A stretch of DNA of 64,000 nucleotides, taken from assembly GCA_030390025.1 (NCBI GenBank), contig CM059432.1:60700001-60764000 (forward strand), given 5' to 3'. A program made the position numbers and the translations under genes. The notes beneath the pieces were generated by a model. That model searched no databases. It was not told the origin of the DNA and saw only the letters and a list, made by a program, of their open reading frames with translations. Source of the DNA: Squalus acanthias. Taxonomy: Eukaryota. Below are positions 1 to 12,317 of this stretch, one piece after another (the stretch's first letter is position 1; each line of letters begins with the position of its first letter).

Positions 1-1010
1 CGTGTATATGGGTGGGGGAGTTGACATGAAGGGAGAGATTAATGGAGTAAAGGAGGGCAGTGAACTCAGGAGAGGGAGCAAGATGAATTGAGATGGAGGT
101 TGAAATCACCGAGGATGAGAAGTCGTTCCATGCAGAGGCAGAGGGAGGAAAGTAGAGAAGATATCTAATTGAGAAAATTGGTGTGATATTTGAGTGGACG
201 GTACAGAATAAGGATTTTAAAAGAGAGACGTGAGGGGTGGAACAAGGTGCGATGCTCAAAGGAGAAGTTGAAAGAAAGACTTGCATTTATATAGCGCCTT
301 TCCTGACCACCGGACATCCCAAACCGCTTTACAGCCAATTAAGTACTTTTTTGAAGTGCAGTCGCTGTTGTAATGTAGGAAACGCAGCAGCCAATTTGCG
401 CACAGCAAGCTCCCACAAACAGCAATGTGATAATGACCAGATAATCTGGTTTTGTTATATTGATTGAGGGATAAATATTGGCCAGGACACCGGAGATAAT
501 TCCCCTGCTTTTCTTCGAAATAGTGCTACAGGATCTTTTACGTCCACTTGAGAGAGCAGACGCGACCTCGGTTTAATGTCTTATCTGAAAGCCGGCACCT
601 CTGACGGTACAGTACTCCCTCAGTACTGCACTGAAGTTTCAGCCATGATTATTGTGCTCAAGTCCCTGGAGCGGGACTTGAACCCACCCAGAGGCGAGGA
701 TGCTACCAACTGAGCCACAGCTGACACTCGTTGCCGGAGGAGTAGGGAGACAGACCAAGGTGTGATTTGGATATAAGGGCTGCACCACTACCACAGTGGT
801 TTGGGCGTGGAATATGGTGGAAAGTATAGCCAGGTGGAGAAGTTTTATTAAGGGGAAAGGTGTCATCACCCATCATGGATGACGAGGCCCTTATTTACAA
901 GTGAACGTACATTTTGAAGGGAAATGCAGAGAGGGGCAAAGATACCTAATTTACTGGCCGTAGTCCAGAGGGGCAGAGCAGGGAGGGAGTTGGCGAGATT
1001 AGTTTGCAGC
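1..1010 (-). mobile_element. Degraded L2-type LINE fragment, interrupted by a SINE at 271-726
   Basis: Purine-rich + strand and degenerate ORF2-like sequence on both sides of the SINE; no intact ORF. Confidence 0.4.
271..726 (-). mobile_element. tRNA-derived SINE (SacSINE1/DeuSINE-like), nearly full length
   Basis: Reverse complement of 7139-7599. Minus strand has A box TGGCTCAGTTGG, B box GGTTCAAGTCC and tail GCGCTATATAAATGCAAGTCTTTCTTT. Confidence 0.85.
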
Positions 1011-2154
1011 AGACACTTAGGGCATAAAACCTTCCATACCTCACTAACAGCATAATTAACTTAGTTTGTGTTTTATGACCATGTAAACACCATTTGATAC
1101 TGCAGCTATCAAGTTTGATAAACAAAATAGAGCATTATGAGAGTAACTTTTATCTTATTCTGCTTGTAGTTGCGATCTCTATTTTTTGCATTTTACAGTA
1201 TTAATGCCCTGCTTTTGGAATTCTCTCCACTACCACCTCCAACTTGTTACCACCCTTCGTAATTAATATCAAAAGGCTTCTTAAGGCTCTTCTCTTCAGT
1301 CCTGCTTTTACCACCCCATAACCCCTATTTTTCCCTTTCCCATTGCTACAGTGTCTGCTCTTTGTCCACTGTCCTATAAAGCATTTTGAAACCTCTCTCT
1401 GCAAATGAGGAGCACTTCAGGAATGCAATTGGTTCTGCTGTATTCTTAACTCCTACAGAAGGGAGTGCAAGGCAATTTGATTTATTAACAATATCAGTGC
1501 TACTCTTGTTCAGCCTTGGCTCAGTGGCAGCACTCTCACCTCGGAGTCCACTGTCACCAAGGTTGCAAGACACCATGCACATGGTCCACAAGTAGCATGG
1601 AGAACTGACCGTGCATAATTTTGTGAGGGTAATTCATTTACATATTGAGAATATGCTCCCTGCCCACCTTGGCACAGGCACCAGGAGCAGGCTCAATGTG
1701 TGGGCTGCTGGGAATATTTAACGGAATGGACTCACTTTAAGTTAAGGGCCATATATTAGAGCAAAAAATGTTTCAGACTTTCTAATCCTAAAAATGATTT
1801 CTTATTATTTATCAGCCTTTCCAAAGTTTGAATGGGATGAGGTGGTAGGAACTGTCAAGTAAAATAAAACAAAGGATGGCAAACCCAATGTGGGGCCATG
1901 AAGTGGAATGTGTGGGCAAGTTTCACAGCACACAAACCCCCTTTTGATGATTGCCAAAGTAAGTGTGTTGCTCCATGAAGCTGGTTGAGGAGGGTTGCCC
2001 TCTCTGGAACTCAAAGGCACTCTCTCCTCAGGACATCAGTATCCATGTCACAAACTGTTGCTTGTCAAACTGTTCCACATTACCACTCCCCCATTCCGAG
2101 GCCTTACATAACCTTACCACTCTTTTATACCATATCCTGCCTATCTATACCTAA

Positions 2155-2324
2155 ATTGAGAGGTCGCACAACACCAGGTTATAGTCCAACAGTTTTATTT
2201 GAAATCACAAGCTTTCGGAGCTTACTACTCCTTCGTCAGGTACACGTGTAAGGTACACATGCATTGTTCTCTATCTATATATGCTTTGGCGATTCTGTAT
2301 CTCTTTACTTCACCCGAATGACCA
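2155..2324. mobile_element. Short Penelope-like (pLTR-derived) insertion with a minimal hammerhead ribozyme core on the - strand
   Basis: 14-bp direct repeat ctatctatacctaa at 2141-2154 and 2325-2338. Minus strand reads CTGACGA-a-GGAG-tagtaag-CTCC-GAAA-GCTT-GTGA. The first ~60 nt are identical to the insert at 21977. Confidence 0.7.
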
Positions 2325-2389
2325 CTATCTATACCTAAGCAGGGCATGCATTCAAACTGCAACCTACAATTGAGTGCCTTTGCACCCTG

Positions 2390-3300
2390 ATATTTTCCAA
2401 GGGTTTCACATCAAATTATTGTAGCACAATCTAGCTTCATGATGCTTGCTCACTTACTGACATCCAGGATGGTTTGGGGGTTGGCCACATGCTTGTCATG
2501 TATAGGTGCTCCTTTACCTTGCATGTCAACATAAGATGGCACCTAATACAAAGGAACATGCCCAAACTGGAGGAGGACTCAGAAATCCCATGACCTTGGT
2601 TCCCTTGAAAGATGCCACCCTGGAAATCCTTGCATATAAGAGACTAAGGGACGGTGAAGAAACAGGATTCCACCAAGTTGAGGCCTAGTGCTGTCCTGCT
2701 CTTATGTCTTGTCTCCCTTCACACTCACTGCCACATAGGCATACACACAAAGACCACATATAGCATTCTAACATTTGTTCCGTCTCTGTCATTATGGGCG
2801 TGGAAGAGCCTATCAGCCTGCTGAAGCACCCCATGACATCGCATCTGCTCATTGTTTATAAGCCATACACATTCTGGAGGATGCAGTTAGTGAGCTTAAG
2901 GAGATGTCACCTGGTGAATCACAGTACACAGGTGAGGAGGAGCAAACTGTACTGGCAGAGGAGTGGCAGTACCCATCATCAATGACCTTCTGTACTTGCA
3001 GTGTGGTGATGTTGGGCAGGAATGTCATGCTGCTGTTGTACAGGCTTCACTGATACAGCAGTGCTAGCCTGGAATGAATCAGAGGTAGAAATGTTGAGGG
3101 TAGTGGTGATTATGACTCCCACTGGTGCTGCCATTTCTTTGTTGCAGGTTGGCTGCAGGTATCCTTGCAGCAGATGACAGCTTTGAAAGCTTAGCAACTG
3201 GCTCTCTGTTCACATGCAGCATGTGGAAGCATTTGTTCTTGACCATTGGCAGGTTGGTGCACTAAGACATGCAGAGATGGTTGGTTGTATAATGGCAGAT
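2390..3300 (+). pseudogene. Highly degraded Harbinger Myb/SANT accessory-gene remnant
   Basis: KMAPNTKEHAQTGGG (ORF 2506) parallels KRAQNKRERQRTGG in the Myb gene at 16.6 kb. Confidence 0.4.
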
Positions 3301-3704
3301 GTACCAATTTTGGCTCTGATACCTGCTGAGCTCCCGGGCATGCCTCTTTTATCTTCTACCATTTTAACCGCGACATGAAATACTGTATTTGGAGTGCATT
3401 TAATTTAATTCACATCATTAACTTTACCCTCACTTGCTGGCTGCCACGGGTCTCTGCACCTTGCACCAAGATGCTTTGTGGCTTTGATAGCTTCTGTAAA
3501 GGTTGGTATTGGAAGTATTATTTTTCCTGTATTATCTTTTTACGTTTGTTCTTGTTTGCTGCAGTCCTGTAAATGCTTCACTTACAGTCTGCATTCAAGT
3601 GATTTAGCAAGCAAAGGGTTGTTTTAAAACAAACTTACTGTAATGAGTAAATAAAATTTGCTCCCCCCAAAAATTATTCCATGCATATATTATTAATAAA
3701 AATT

Positions 3705-4185
3705 TCAGGGATATTTTTATGATCTGGAATTCACTGCCTGAAAGGGTGGTGGAAGCAGATTCAATAGTAACTTTCAAAAGGGAATTGGATAAATACTTGA
3801 TGAGGGAAAATTTGCAGAGCTATGGGGAAAGAGCAAGGCAGTGCGACTAATTAGATAGCTCTTTCAATGGCCTCCTTCTGTGCTGTATGATTCTACGATA
3901 AAAGATCTGTAATAAAAACAACACAGTACAAAAAAGGTAATGTAATTTAAGACATGACATATGGTAAGTGTAGCATGCTTGAGAGGAATAGGTGACTTTG
4001 GACCTATGGGTAGTTCCCAAAGCTTTCCACCACTGGGGGATTCCTTTCTTCATATCTGGGTCTGTTGGAGATAAATGATAGAGATGATTATTCAACAACT
4101 TCATTTTCATTGTATCATGTAACTGCCAGGATGGTAGAAAGAACAAGATGGACCTTGGTCTTTTTTCGTCTAGCAATTCCTATGT
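3705..4185 (+). mobile_element. Two adjacent CR1 3'-end fragments
   Basis: WNSLPERVVEA-type ORF2 end and 3'UTR tails (aatggcctccttctgtgctgtatgattcta; attcctatgttcc). Confidence 0.65.
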
Positions 4186-5689
4186 TCCAAAACATTGCAA
4201 CCAATAAACTCCAAACAAAGCCTGTGCCACTTCAAGAGCTCTATTATACACGGAGCTTCCCTTATGCCATTCAAAATGGGGTTTAAAGGCAAAAAGTGCA
4301 ATACAAGCGCAAAAGCAGGACAATTTGCTAGGTATTCACTTAAACATTTTGTATGCCCCCTGGACCCTTAATGAAGCTGTGCAAGAGCACTCTAGAACAC
4401 AAACTGCAGCTGGCCAGCAAATTGCAGGCAGAAGGATTTTCTGATCTCCCCTATGCCCATTGAAAGCACAAACCAGCCTACCATGTGTAATATTAATCAA
4501 ATTTTGCTTTGTTGGTCAATTGAACGAGTTATCAATTTTTCTATGGCACCACAGCAAACACAAGATTTCTATTTACAATATATATAATGCTGATTTCTCT
4601 TAAGATTCTAAGCACAATTTATTCCACGTGTGTACTGGGTGAAATTGCTACTACAAAGGGAAACGATTTCATGCAATGATGTTCATGCAATTTGTGATGC
4701 TATGAATATTGTATGTACAGTTGCTTCTTAGCCAGAGTCCTGTCATGACTGATTAATTTTATCATAACCTTATAGAAGGTTTGAGATGGACCTAAAATCT
4801 TTGGGGATGGGTGATTGTGGTTATGGACTGCAACCTTACATCCACAAATGCTTTTTCAAGCATATCAGCCAGCAGCATAATAGCCATCATTGCACTGAAG
4901 ATGTGCTTCAGATCCCTGCACTGAACTGTGAGAGTACTACTGTGCAATCCTCAAATGGTGTGGCAGATTTTTGTGACATCCTGTGCATCGCACAACATTA
5001 TTACTCATTGAATTGCAGTACGCTTTTTAAGAGGACATACTAAACATTTCTATACAAATGGCTTCAAAGTTTGACAGGTCTGATATTATTCAGCGTCCTC
5101 CAGACAATAAAAAGGCCATTATTGTTGTTACGTTTAGACACTCCACATAAGTTTAGCGTTAATGGCTAAGAAGAAGACCTTGTCTCCCCTACAATCTAGA
5201 GTATAGGGATGAATTTCCTTGCCATTTTTCAGACATATAAACGGGGCAAGAACATTTTTGTGACAGGAAAGTCGGGCAGAAGCTGCTCCACCCGTTATCC
5301 ACCATTAAATTCCTTCCCCCAAGTTCCCTTGTGCTTTTTGGCTCTTCCCGTGGTCCACCCCCACCCCCAAGTTCTGGGTGCCCTTATTTCATTGTATGGG
5401 AAAAGGCCAATGATGCTGCAGCTCCCAGTTTCCTACTTTTACACCCGTAATGCACGCACTATAACTTAGATTGAGAGTTATAAGATGCAACATCAGCTGA
5501 GACAGGAGACAGTGAGGAGATTCTGAGCCTGAATAGTTTTGACTAGGATTTCTGCAGCTTGGAAATACATTTTCTGGTGATGTTTTGCCATTCTGCCAAT
5601 TCAGACCTAGACTTGATCATCACTCCCTCTGACAAGGTCAGACCACTGGCAGTATTTTGCTCAACCCCCCCCCCCCCCCACCCCGCAGG

Positions 5690-6620
5690 GAGTAGGTATG
5701 GCATTCCCTATGGGTATGATCTTGTACACCATTATCATGAGCAGGAACAGTACAGGATTAAGAAAACAAGAGTCATGCAGCATTTAGGGAGGTTGCAGCC
5801 CATTAGATAATACTTCACACCCCCCCCTACCCCACGTAGAATATACAGGCAATATAAGTTATATGAGGACCTTACTGAGGCGATATGTATAAGAAGAGTG
5901 CCGTTCACCAAAGAAATAATAGGATAGCCATGTCACTTACTGCATAAGGACATGCAGCCACGTTCATCTGCCAGACTGCAGTATGGGCAATACATTCATC
6001 AGGTCACTGCACTTTACGGGAGAGCTGGGAAATTCATCACCTTTGGCATCACAGTAAGACAGTAGTGAGATAGAACCATTGAATTTTATGGGATTGCAGT
6101 CTCTCTCAAGGCCCAGGGTGCAATTGATGGCACCCACAATCCTTTGGATGCTTTCATAAAACATTCCTCAACTACCTTCAATGGGTAGGGTATTCACTCC
6201 ACCAATGTACAGATTGTGTGCGAGAACATGCAGAGATCTTCCATAACAATGGCCGATATGTTGGAAGTTGCCACGATGCATTCAACCTTTGAAATTTGAC
6301 CATCCTTTACCTCTTCAGGGAAAACAATCAGCTCAGCGAATGGCTTCTGGATGATAAAACCTATTCCCTGCTCCCACGTACAGTGACCCCCCGGCTATGC
6401 ACTATGCTCCAGATCATGTGTTAGGAAAATTTGTAGCCTGCTGCACCCTTCACAATTTTGCTATTCAAGAATGGCTGGACTTTGACATTGCTGGTGAGGA
6501 GGCTCCCAGATTCCTGCTTTTGTAACAAGGACAAAATGGATGGGGGTGGGGGGGAATCATGATGACAAGCACTCTTCAGGGTCTGCTGCAAGGGGCATCA
6601 GAAAATTTCTCACATCCACT
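5690..6620 (+). pseudogene. Degraded Harbinger/HARBI1-type transposase remnant
   Basis: Scattered motifs across frames: QGAIDGTH (cagggtgcaattgatggcacccac), GSCHDAF, WLLDDKTYSL and ACCTLHNFAI. Confidence 0.7.
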
Positions 6621-6689
6621 ATTATGGTTTACTGAAATCCTAGTGCAGAAAAACATACAGCTGAGTAAATTTTGACAGAAGCAAATGGA

Positions 6690-8303
6690 GAACATAAGAA
6701 ATAATAGCAGGAATAGGCCATTCGTCCCTTTGAGCCTGCTCCGCCATTCAATAAGATCATGGCTGATCTTCTACCTCAACTCCACTTTCCTGCACTATCC
6801 CCATATCTCTTGATTCCCTTAACATCCAAAAATCTATCGATCTCTGTCTTGAATATACTCAACAACTGAGCCTCCACAGACCCCTGGAAATGACTCGTTT
6901 ATTCCTACTCTCTGTTTTCTGTCCATTAACCAATACTCAATCCATATCTAGTATAGAAAATCTATCGATATTTGGCTTGAATATACTCAACGACTGAGCA
7001 TCCACAGCCCTCTGGGGTAGAGAATTCCAAAGATTCACCACCCTTTGAGTGAAGAAATTTCTCCTCATCTCAGTCCTAAATGGCCGACTCCTTATTCTGA
7101 GACCGTGACCCAACATCCTCCTAGCATCTACCCTGTCATGGCTCAGTTGGTAGCAACCTCGCCTCTGAGTCAGAAGGTTGTGGGTTCAAGTCCCGCTCCA
7201 GAGACTTGAACACACAAATCTAGGCTGACACTCCAGTGCAGTACTGAGGGAGTGCTGCACAGTCGGGGTGCCGTCTTTCGGATGAGACATTAAACCGAGG
7301 CCCCGTCTACTCTCTCAGGTGGATGTAAAAGATCCATGGCACTATTTCGAAGAACAGCAGGGGAGTTATCCTCGGTATCCTGGCCAATATTTATCCCTCA
7401 ATCAACATCACTAAAACAGATTATCTGGTCATTATCACATTGCTGTTTGTTGGAGCTTGCTGTGTGCAAATTGGCTGCTGCGTTTCCTACATTACAACAG
7501 TGACTATACTTCAAAAAGTACTTCATTGGTTGTAAAGCGCTTTGAGATGTCCGGTGGACGTGAAAGGCGCTATATAAATGCAAGTCTTTCTTTTACTTTC
7601 TGTCAAGCCCTTTAAAAATCTAATATTTTTCAATGAGATCACCGCTCATTCGTCTAAACTCTCGGGAATATAGGCCTAGTCTACTCAATCTCTCCTCATA
7701 GGACAATCCCCTCATGCTAAGAATGAGGGGATTCGTTGCACTCCCTCTAAGGTAAGTATCGTTCCTTAGGCAAGGACACCAAAACTGTACACAGTACTTC
7801 AAGTGTGGTCTCACCAAAGCCCTATATTCTTATACTCCAATCCTTTTGTAATAAAAACATACCATTTGCTTTCCTAATTACTTGCTGTACCTGCATGTTA
7901 ACTTTCAGTGATTCGTGTACACATCCAGGTCCCTCTGAACACCAACATTTGCCAACCTCTCACCATTTAAAAAATACTCTGCTTTACTATTTTTCCTACC
8001 AAAGTGGATAACTTCACATTTCTCCACATTATATTCCATCTGCCATGTTCTTGCCCACTCATTTAACCTGTCTTTATCCTTGTGCAGCCTCCTTGCATCC
8101 TCCTCATAACTTACTTTCCCACATAGCTTTGTATCGTCTGCAAACTTGGATACATTACACTCGGTACTCTCATCTAAGTTATTGATATAGATTGCAAATA
8201 GCTGAGGCCCAAGCACTGATCCTTGCGGTACCCCACTAGTTACAGCCTGCCAACCCGAAAATGTCCCATTTATTCCTACTTTCTGTTTTCTGTCTGTTAA
8301 CCA
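6690..8303 (-). mobile_element. CR1 LINE, 5'-truncated and rearranged, with a SINE inserted
   Basis: RT motifs LGPQLFAIYIN, KFADDTKL and VRPHLKYCVQFW (ORFs 7620, 7905); CR1 3' tail at 6690-6780. Confidence 0.9.
7139..7599 (+). mobile_element. tRNA-derived SINE (SacSINE1/DeuSINE-like) nested in CR1
   Basis: A box tggctcagttgg and B box ggttcaagtcc; 6-bp TSD ctgtca at 7133-7138 and 7600-7605. Confidence 0.9.
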
Positions 8304-8429
8304 GAGGCTCCTTCACTACAACGTTATTAGTTAACCATGTCTCATTGCACAATACTAGGTCTAAAATAGCCTATTCCCGAGTTGATTCCTCGACATACTG
8401 ATCTAGAAAACTATCTTGAAAACTCTCTT

Positions 8430-9216
8430 GCGAAGTGATACATTTTGGTAGAAAGAATGAGGAGAGGAAATCAAAACTAAAGGGTACAATCCTAAAGGGG
8501 GTGCATGAACAGAGAGACCTAAGGATATATGTGCACAAATCGTTGAAGGTGGCAGGGCAGGTTGAGAAAGCAGTTAAAAAAGCTTACAGGATCCTGGCTT
8601 CATGAATAGAGGTATAGAGTACAAAAGCATGGAAATTGTGATGAACCTGTATAAAACACTGGTTCGGCCTCAACTGGAGTATTGTGTCCAATTCTGGGCA
8701 CCACACTTTAGGAAGGATGTGAAGGCTTTAGAGAGGGTGCAGAAAAGATTTACGAGAATGATTCCAGGGATGAGGGACTTCAGTTACGTGGATAGACTGG
8801 AGAAGCTGGGGTTGTTCTCCTTAGAGCAGAGAAGATTGAGAGGAGATTTGATAGAGGTTTTCAAAATCATGAGGGGTCTGGACAGAGTAGATAGAGAGAA
8901 ACTGTTCCCATTGGCAGAATGGTCGAGAACCAGAGGACACAGATTTAAGGTGATTGACAGAAGAACCAAAGGCAACATGAGGAAAACTTTTTTACTCAGC
9001 GAGTGGTTAGGATCTGGAACGCAATGCCTGAAAAGGTGGTGGAGGCAGACTCAATCACGGCTTTCAAAAGGGAGCTGGATAAATACCTGAAGGAAAAAAA
9101 TTTGCAGGGCTATGGGGAAAGGGCGGGGGAGTGGGACTAGCTGAAGTGCTCTTGCAGAGAGCTGGCACGGGCTCGACGGGCCGAATGGCCTCCTTCCATT
9201 CTGTAACCATTCTATG
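8430..9216 (+). mobile_element. CR1 LINE 3' fragment inserted into an older minus-strand CR1
   Basis: ORF 8602 has [15 protein letters not shown]...[12 protein letters not shown]; tail ccattctatg. The two flanks join into a CR1 endonuclease region. Confidence 0.9.
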
Positions 9217-10460
9217 AATGCATTCCATGAACCCGTCCTCTGCACTATTGCTGCAAATTTGGTTTGCCCAGTCTATATGAAAATTAAAGTTCCCCATGAT
9301 TACTGTATTACCTTTGTTACATGTACTTCCAATTTCCTGATTTATTCTGTGCCCGACACGACAACCTCTGTTAGGGGGCCTATAAACTACTCCCACCCGT
9401 GTTTTCTGCCCCTTGTTGTTTCTTAGCTCCACCCAAAGTGATTCTACATCTTGTTTTTCTGAGCTAAGATCCTTTGGGGGAGAAATTCAGTATCGCCCCA
9501 TTTGGGGCGCAATTATCGGCCTGGGCGCAAAGATTAGCGCCTGGCGCTAATTATCGCCACCGACTGCAAACTTGACTTTTATCGCCCCTGGAGGTGATTG
9601 GAGCGCTAAATCGGGCGCTTCACACCTGTCTTAAGGCGCAAAGGCCGAGGAGCGAGGCGCTACCTCAGAGCGCTGGCGAAGCTCATGTGATGTCAGTCAG
9701 CAATGGAACACACACACAATGGCACCGGCCAGTTCTTAAAGGGGATGGTTGATCTTGCTTTCCATCCACATCCTGCTCATTGCAGCCTTGAATCTCTGCC
9801 TGGAGAGACCTGCACATCAAATCTGCTGGAAAGAACAATGGAGAGTACCAGGGAAAGAGCTTAGAGTGCAGCCCCCACAGTCTTTTCTAAATCGATACAA
9901 GGAATGGCAAATCAAAATGAACCTGCAAAGTGCTGCTCAGTACCCAAAACTCCTTCACACAGCGTTGAAGCTCTCCAGAAGTCTCTCTCTCTCTCTCTCT
10001 CTCAGAATGCGTGGTTCAAAAATGGCACCAACAATGAAAGGCAGAAAGCGGTCGCCTTTAAATAGCGCTCCCCCAGTCCCTTCATGTCTGCAATTCGCTC
10101 CCCTCAACCTGTCGTTGCTAGCATCAGGCGGTAAGGCAGGGGGCGCCACTCAATATCTGCTCCGGGGCGATACCGGGGCGTTGCGCACTCGACTGACATC
10201 ACGATCTGCCGGCGCAGGAGATCGTGGCGGTAGTGTTTAGCGCTGCCGCAATATGTCTAGTTAATTTCGCGAGCGGCGCAAACATCGCCGCGCCTGGGCG
10301 CTAGATGCTTTACGCCCCATTAGCGCCCTCTTAAGGCGCTAACGGGAGGCGCAACCAACTGAATTTTTCCCCCTTTCTCTCTACTGTCTTTATCCCATCC
10401 TTTATTATCAGGGATTCTGCCTAACTCCTCTAAAAGTCAAGTATCCTGGAATATCCTGGA
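9217..10460 (-). mobile_element. CR1 endonuclease-region fragment interrupted by a MITE; continues at about 8330-8425
   Basis: ORF 9064 has GVVYRPPN...VIMGNFNF (APE motifs). Confidence 0.8.
9476..10373. mobile_element. Harbinger-type non-autonomous element (MITE)
   Basis: TIRs gggggagaaattcagt / actgaatttttccccc (15/16), 3-bp TSD TTT on both sides, GC/CpG-rich subterminal regions. Confidence 0.85.
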
Positions 10461-11332
10461 ACATTACTAATAGCGCAGAAAAGGTGGTCAGCAGGATTCT
10501 AGTCATGACCAAGAAGTTAAATGAGCATCATGTGGACAAAAAAAATGTTTAATAATATAAGAACACTTTGTAAGAAAGCTTTCTATCCAAATGAAGCACT
10601 TGTTTGATTGGTAACATTGATTTACGGATGTTCTTGGATTGTTAGGTACTGTCTAGCTGCTATAGGCAAGCAACACACTGTACTTAAATAGATAGCCAGA
10701 GTGCAGAAAGCAGGGAGTAAAAGATCCAACTTCCACAACATGAAGCCTCTTTATTTATGTGTCAATCTTAAAAAATACAGGCAGAGACATTACTGTGTGG
10801 ACCCTGGTTTGTATGAGAAAATGACTGCAAAGGTCAGTCATACTCATATGTGCCACTTACAATAAAAGCTGCTGAATAAAACAGCCTACTGGAACTAACC
10901 AGCTGCAGATGAGATACTGGTCCTGAGACAAATGATTCCTGAGGGGTTAATTTACAGCAAATATATAGCTGCTGCTCTTTATCACTCTGAAGTAAAACAG
11001 CATAATGTAGGTACTCATGAAAATACCCAATAAAATATTGTAAATGGATGCATTTACTAAACAACGGAAAAGTAGTGACTTATAAATGAAGAACTACCAT
11101 GCTGGAGCTCGCAGATAATGTACCAGCAATAGGCAAAGTCATCTCCTGATGGATTTAATAGTTGACACCACAGTCTGTGTCTTTAGACATACAGTATTCT
11201 TATTTCATTTAATACAATAAATTCCCAACCTATCTTGCCATTAAATTTGCAGAGCAAAGAGCTGGAATGTTAAAGCCAGATGTGCAAAACGTTGATAAAT
11301 AACACAAAATCAATGTTATACATTTTTTTCAG

Positions 11333-11461
11333 GATCTGAATCAAACAATATTGGGGAGTTGAATGGTTCTGAAAAAGAATTAAAAGAAGGGCCGAGATCC
11401 TCACCAAGTCTTGTTAAAACAACAGATCAGCACCTGAAAAGACTGAAAAGATCCTGCTCAG
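11333..11461 (+). CDS. ASXL3: Internal coding exon (129 nt, phase 1-1) of an ASXL-family gene, upstream of the DEUBAD domain
   Basis: Acceptor catttttttcAG (11331-11332) and donor GTatgt (11462). Translation (G)SESNNIGELNGSEKELKEGPRSSPSLVKTTDQHLKRLKRSCS(G) resembles the recalled ASXL3 segment EKELK...QHLKRLKKSGLG. It splices in frame to the exon at 59100. Confidence 0.82.
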
Positions 11462-11575
11462 GTATGTTTCACAAAAGTCTTCAGGCCATGGCAGTTTTAT
11501 TCATTGTTATTCAGATCTATCAGCTATTGGAGATCAAACCAAAACTCAAACCACCCCTTTAGTTAAAAAGACATT

Positions 11576-12317
11576 GGGATGGATTTTGCTGTGAGCATTT
11601 GTTCGACTTACACTTGCCCATAGACTTTCTGTGGGCTTTTGCACGGCAAGTTACTGTCATCCAAAGAGTGCAGCGCCCTCTACAGGGCATCTGGGACCTG
11701 TGTAAACAGGGAAAGCAACTGTGTATGTCCTATACCAATTTGATTGAAGAATCGTTAATGAGCAGCGCAGTGTCTGAACCAGGAAGTGTAAGATAGAATA
11801 GTGAATTCAATGTCAAATCAGATACAGAAAGTGAAATAAAAAGAGGGAAAGAAAGATTGGATTAAGTGAGAGAAATAAAAGAGACAGAAACAAAAAGTTT
11901 TTAAAAATTAAATTTTTTAAAAATCTCCAAGAATAATTAAAAGCTGAAGTAATGAGACTCCACATTTGTAAAAGATAATTTTCAATGCCAGAGAGGTTAT
12001 TTTGCAGTAATTAAGACTTACCACGCCATTAAAAAGGGTACTTAGACTGGAATGGACAAGTTTTTGTGGCGAGTTTAGTCCATATCTACGATGTCAGTAC
12101 AGAAACCTCACGCCGTTGAATACATTTGAATAGGGAGCAATACAGCGAGATGCCATTTTCGCGCAGCTTGCAGAGGGGCAGCGCATCTCAGGCAGCAACT
12201 TCCAGATTTTGCATTTAACTGTGCATGTGCGCTAGGCGGAAGTTTCTGTCCGACTTGCACATAAATAACGGTGAGCGCCATTAGCCTCACTGTTATTTTC
12301 ACAGCAAATTCCAGTCC
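11576..12317. mobile_element. Harbinger-type MITE
   Basis: TIRs gggatggattttgctgtga / tcacagcaaattccagtcc (16/19), 3-bp TSD ATT on both sides. Confidence 0.8.

Noticed and set aside
7139..7205. tRNA gene
   Set aside because: The A/B boxes continue into a SINE body and tail with a TSD; the same applies at 29650, 41900 and 43230.
9476..10373. CpG-island host promoter
   Set aside because: The CpG-rich tract is bounded exactly by TIRs and a TSD inside a CR1.
1..11330. Preceding ASXL3 exon (PRVVLTPLKV motif)
   Set aside because: Not recognised in any + frame by eye; presumably upstream of the window.
11359..11562. Standalone 67-aa ORF
   Set aside because: It is the ASXL3 exon read through its donor site into the intron.
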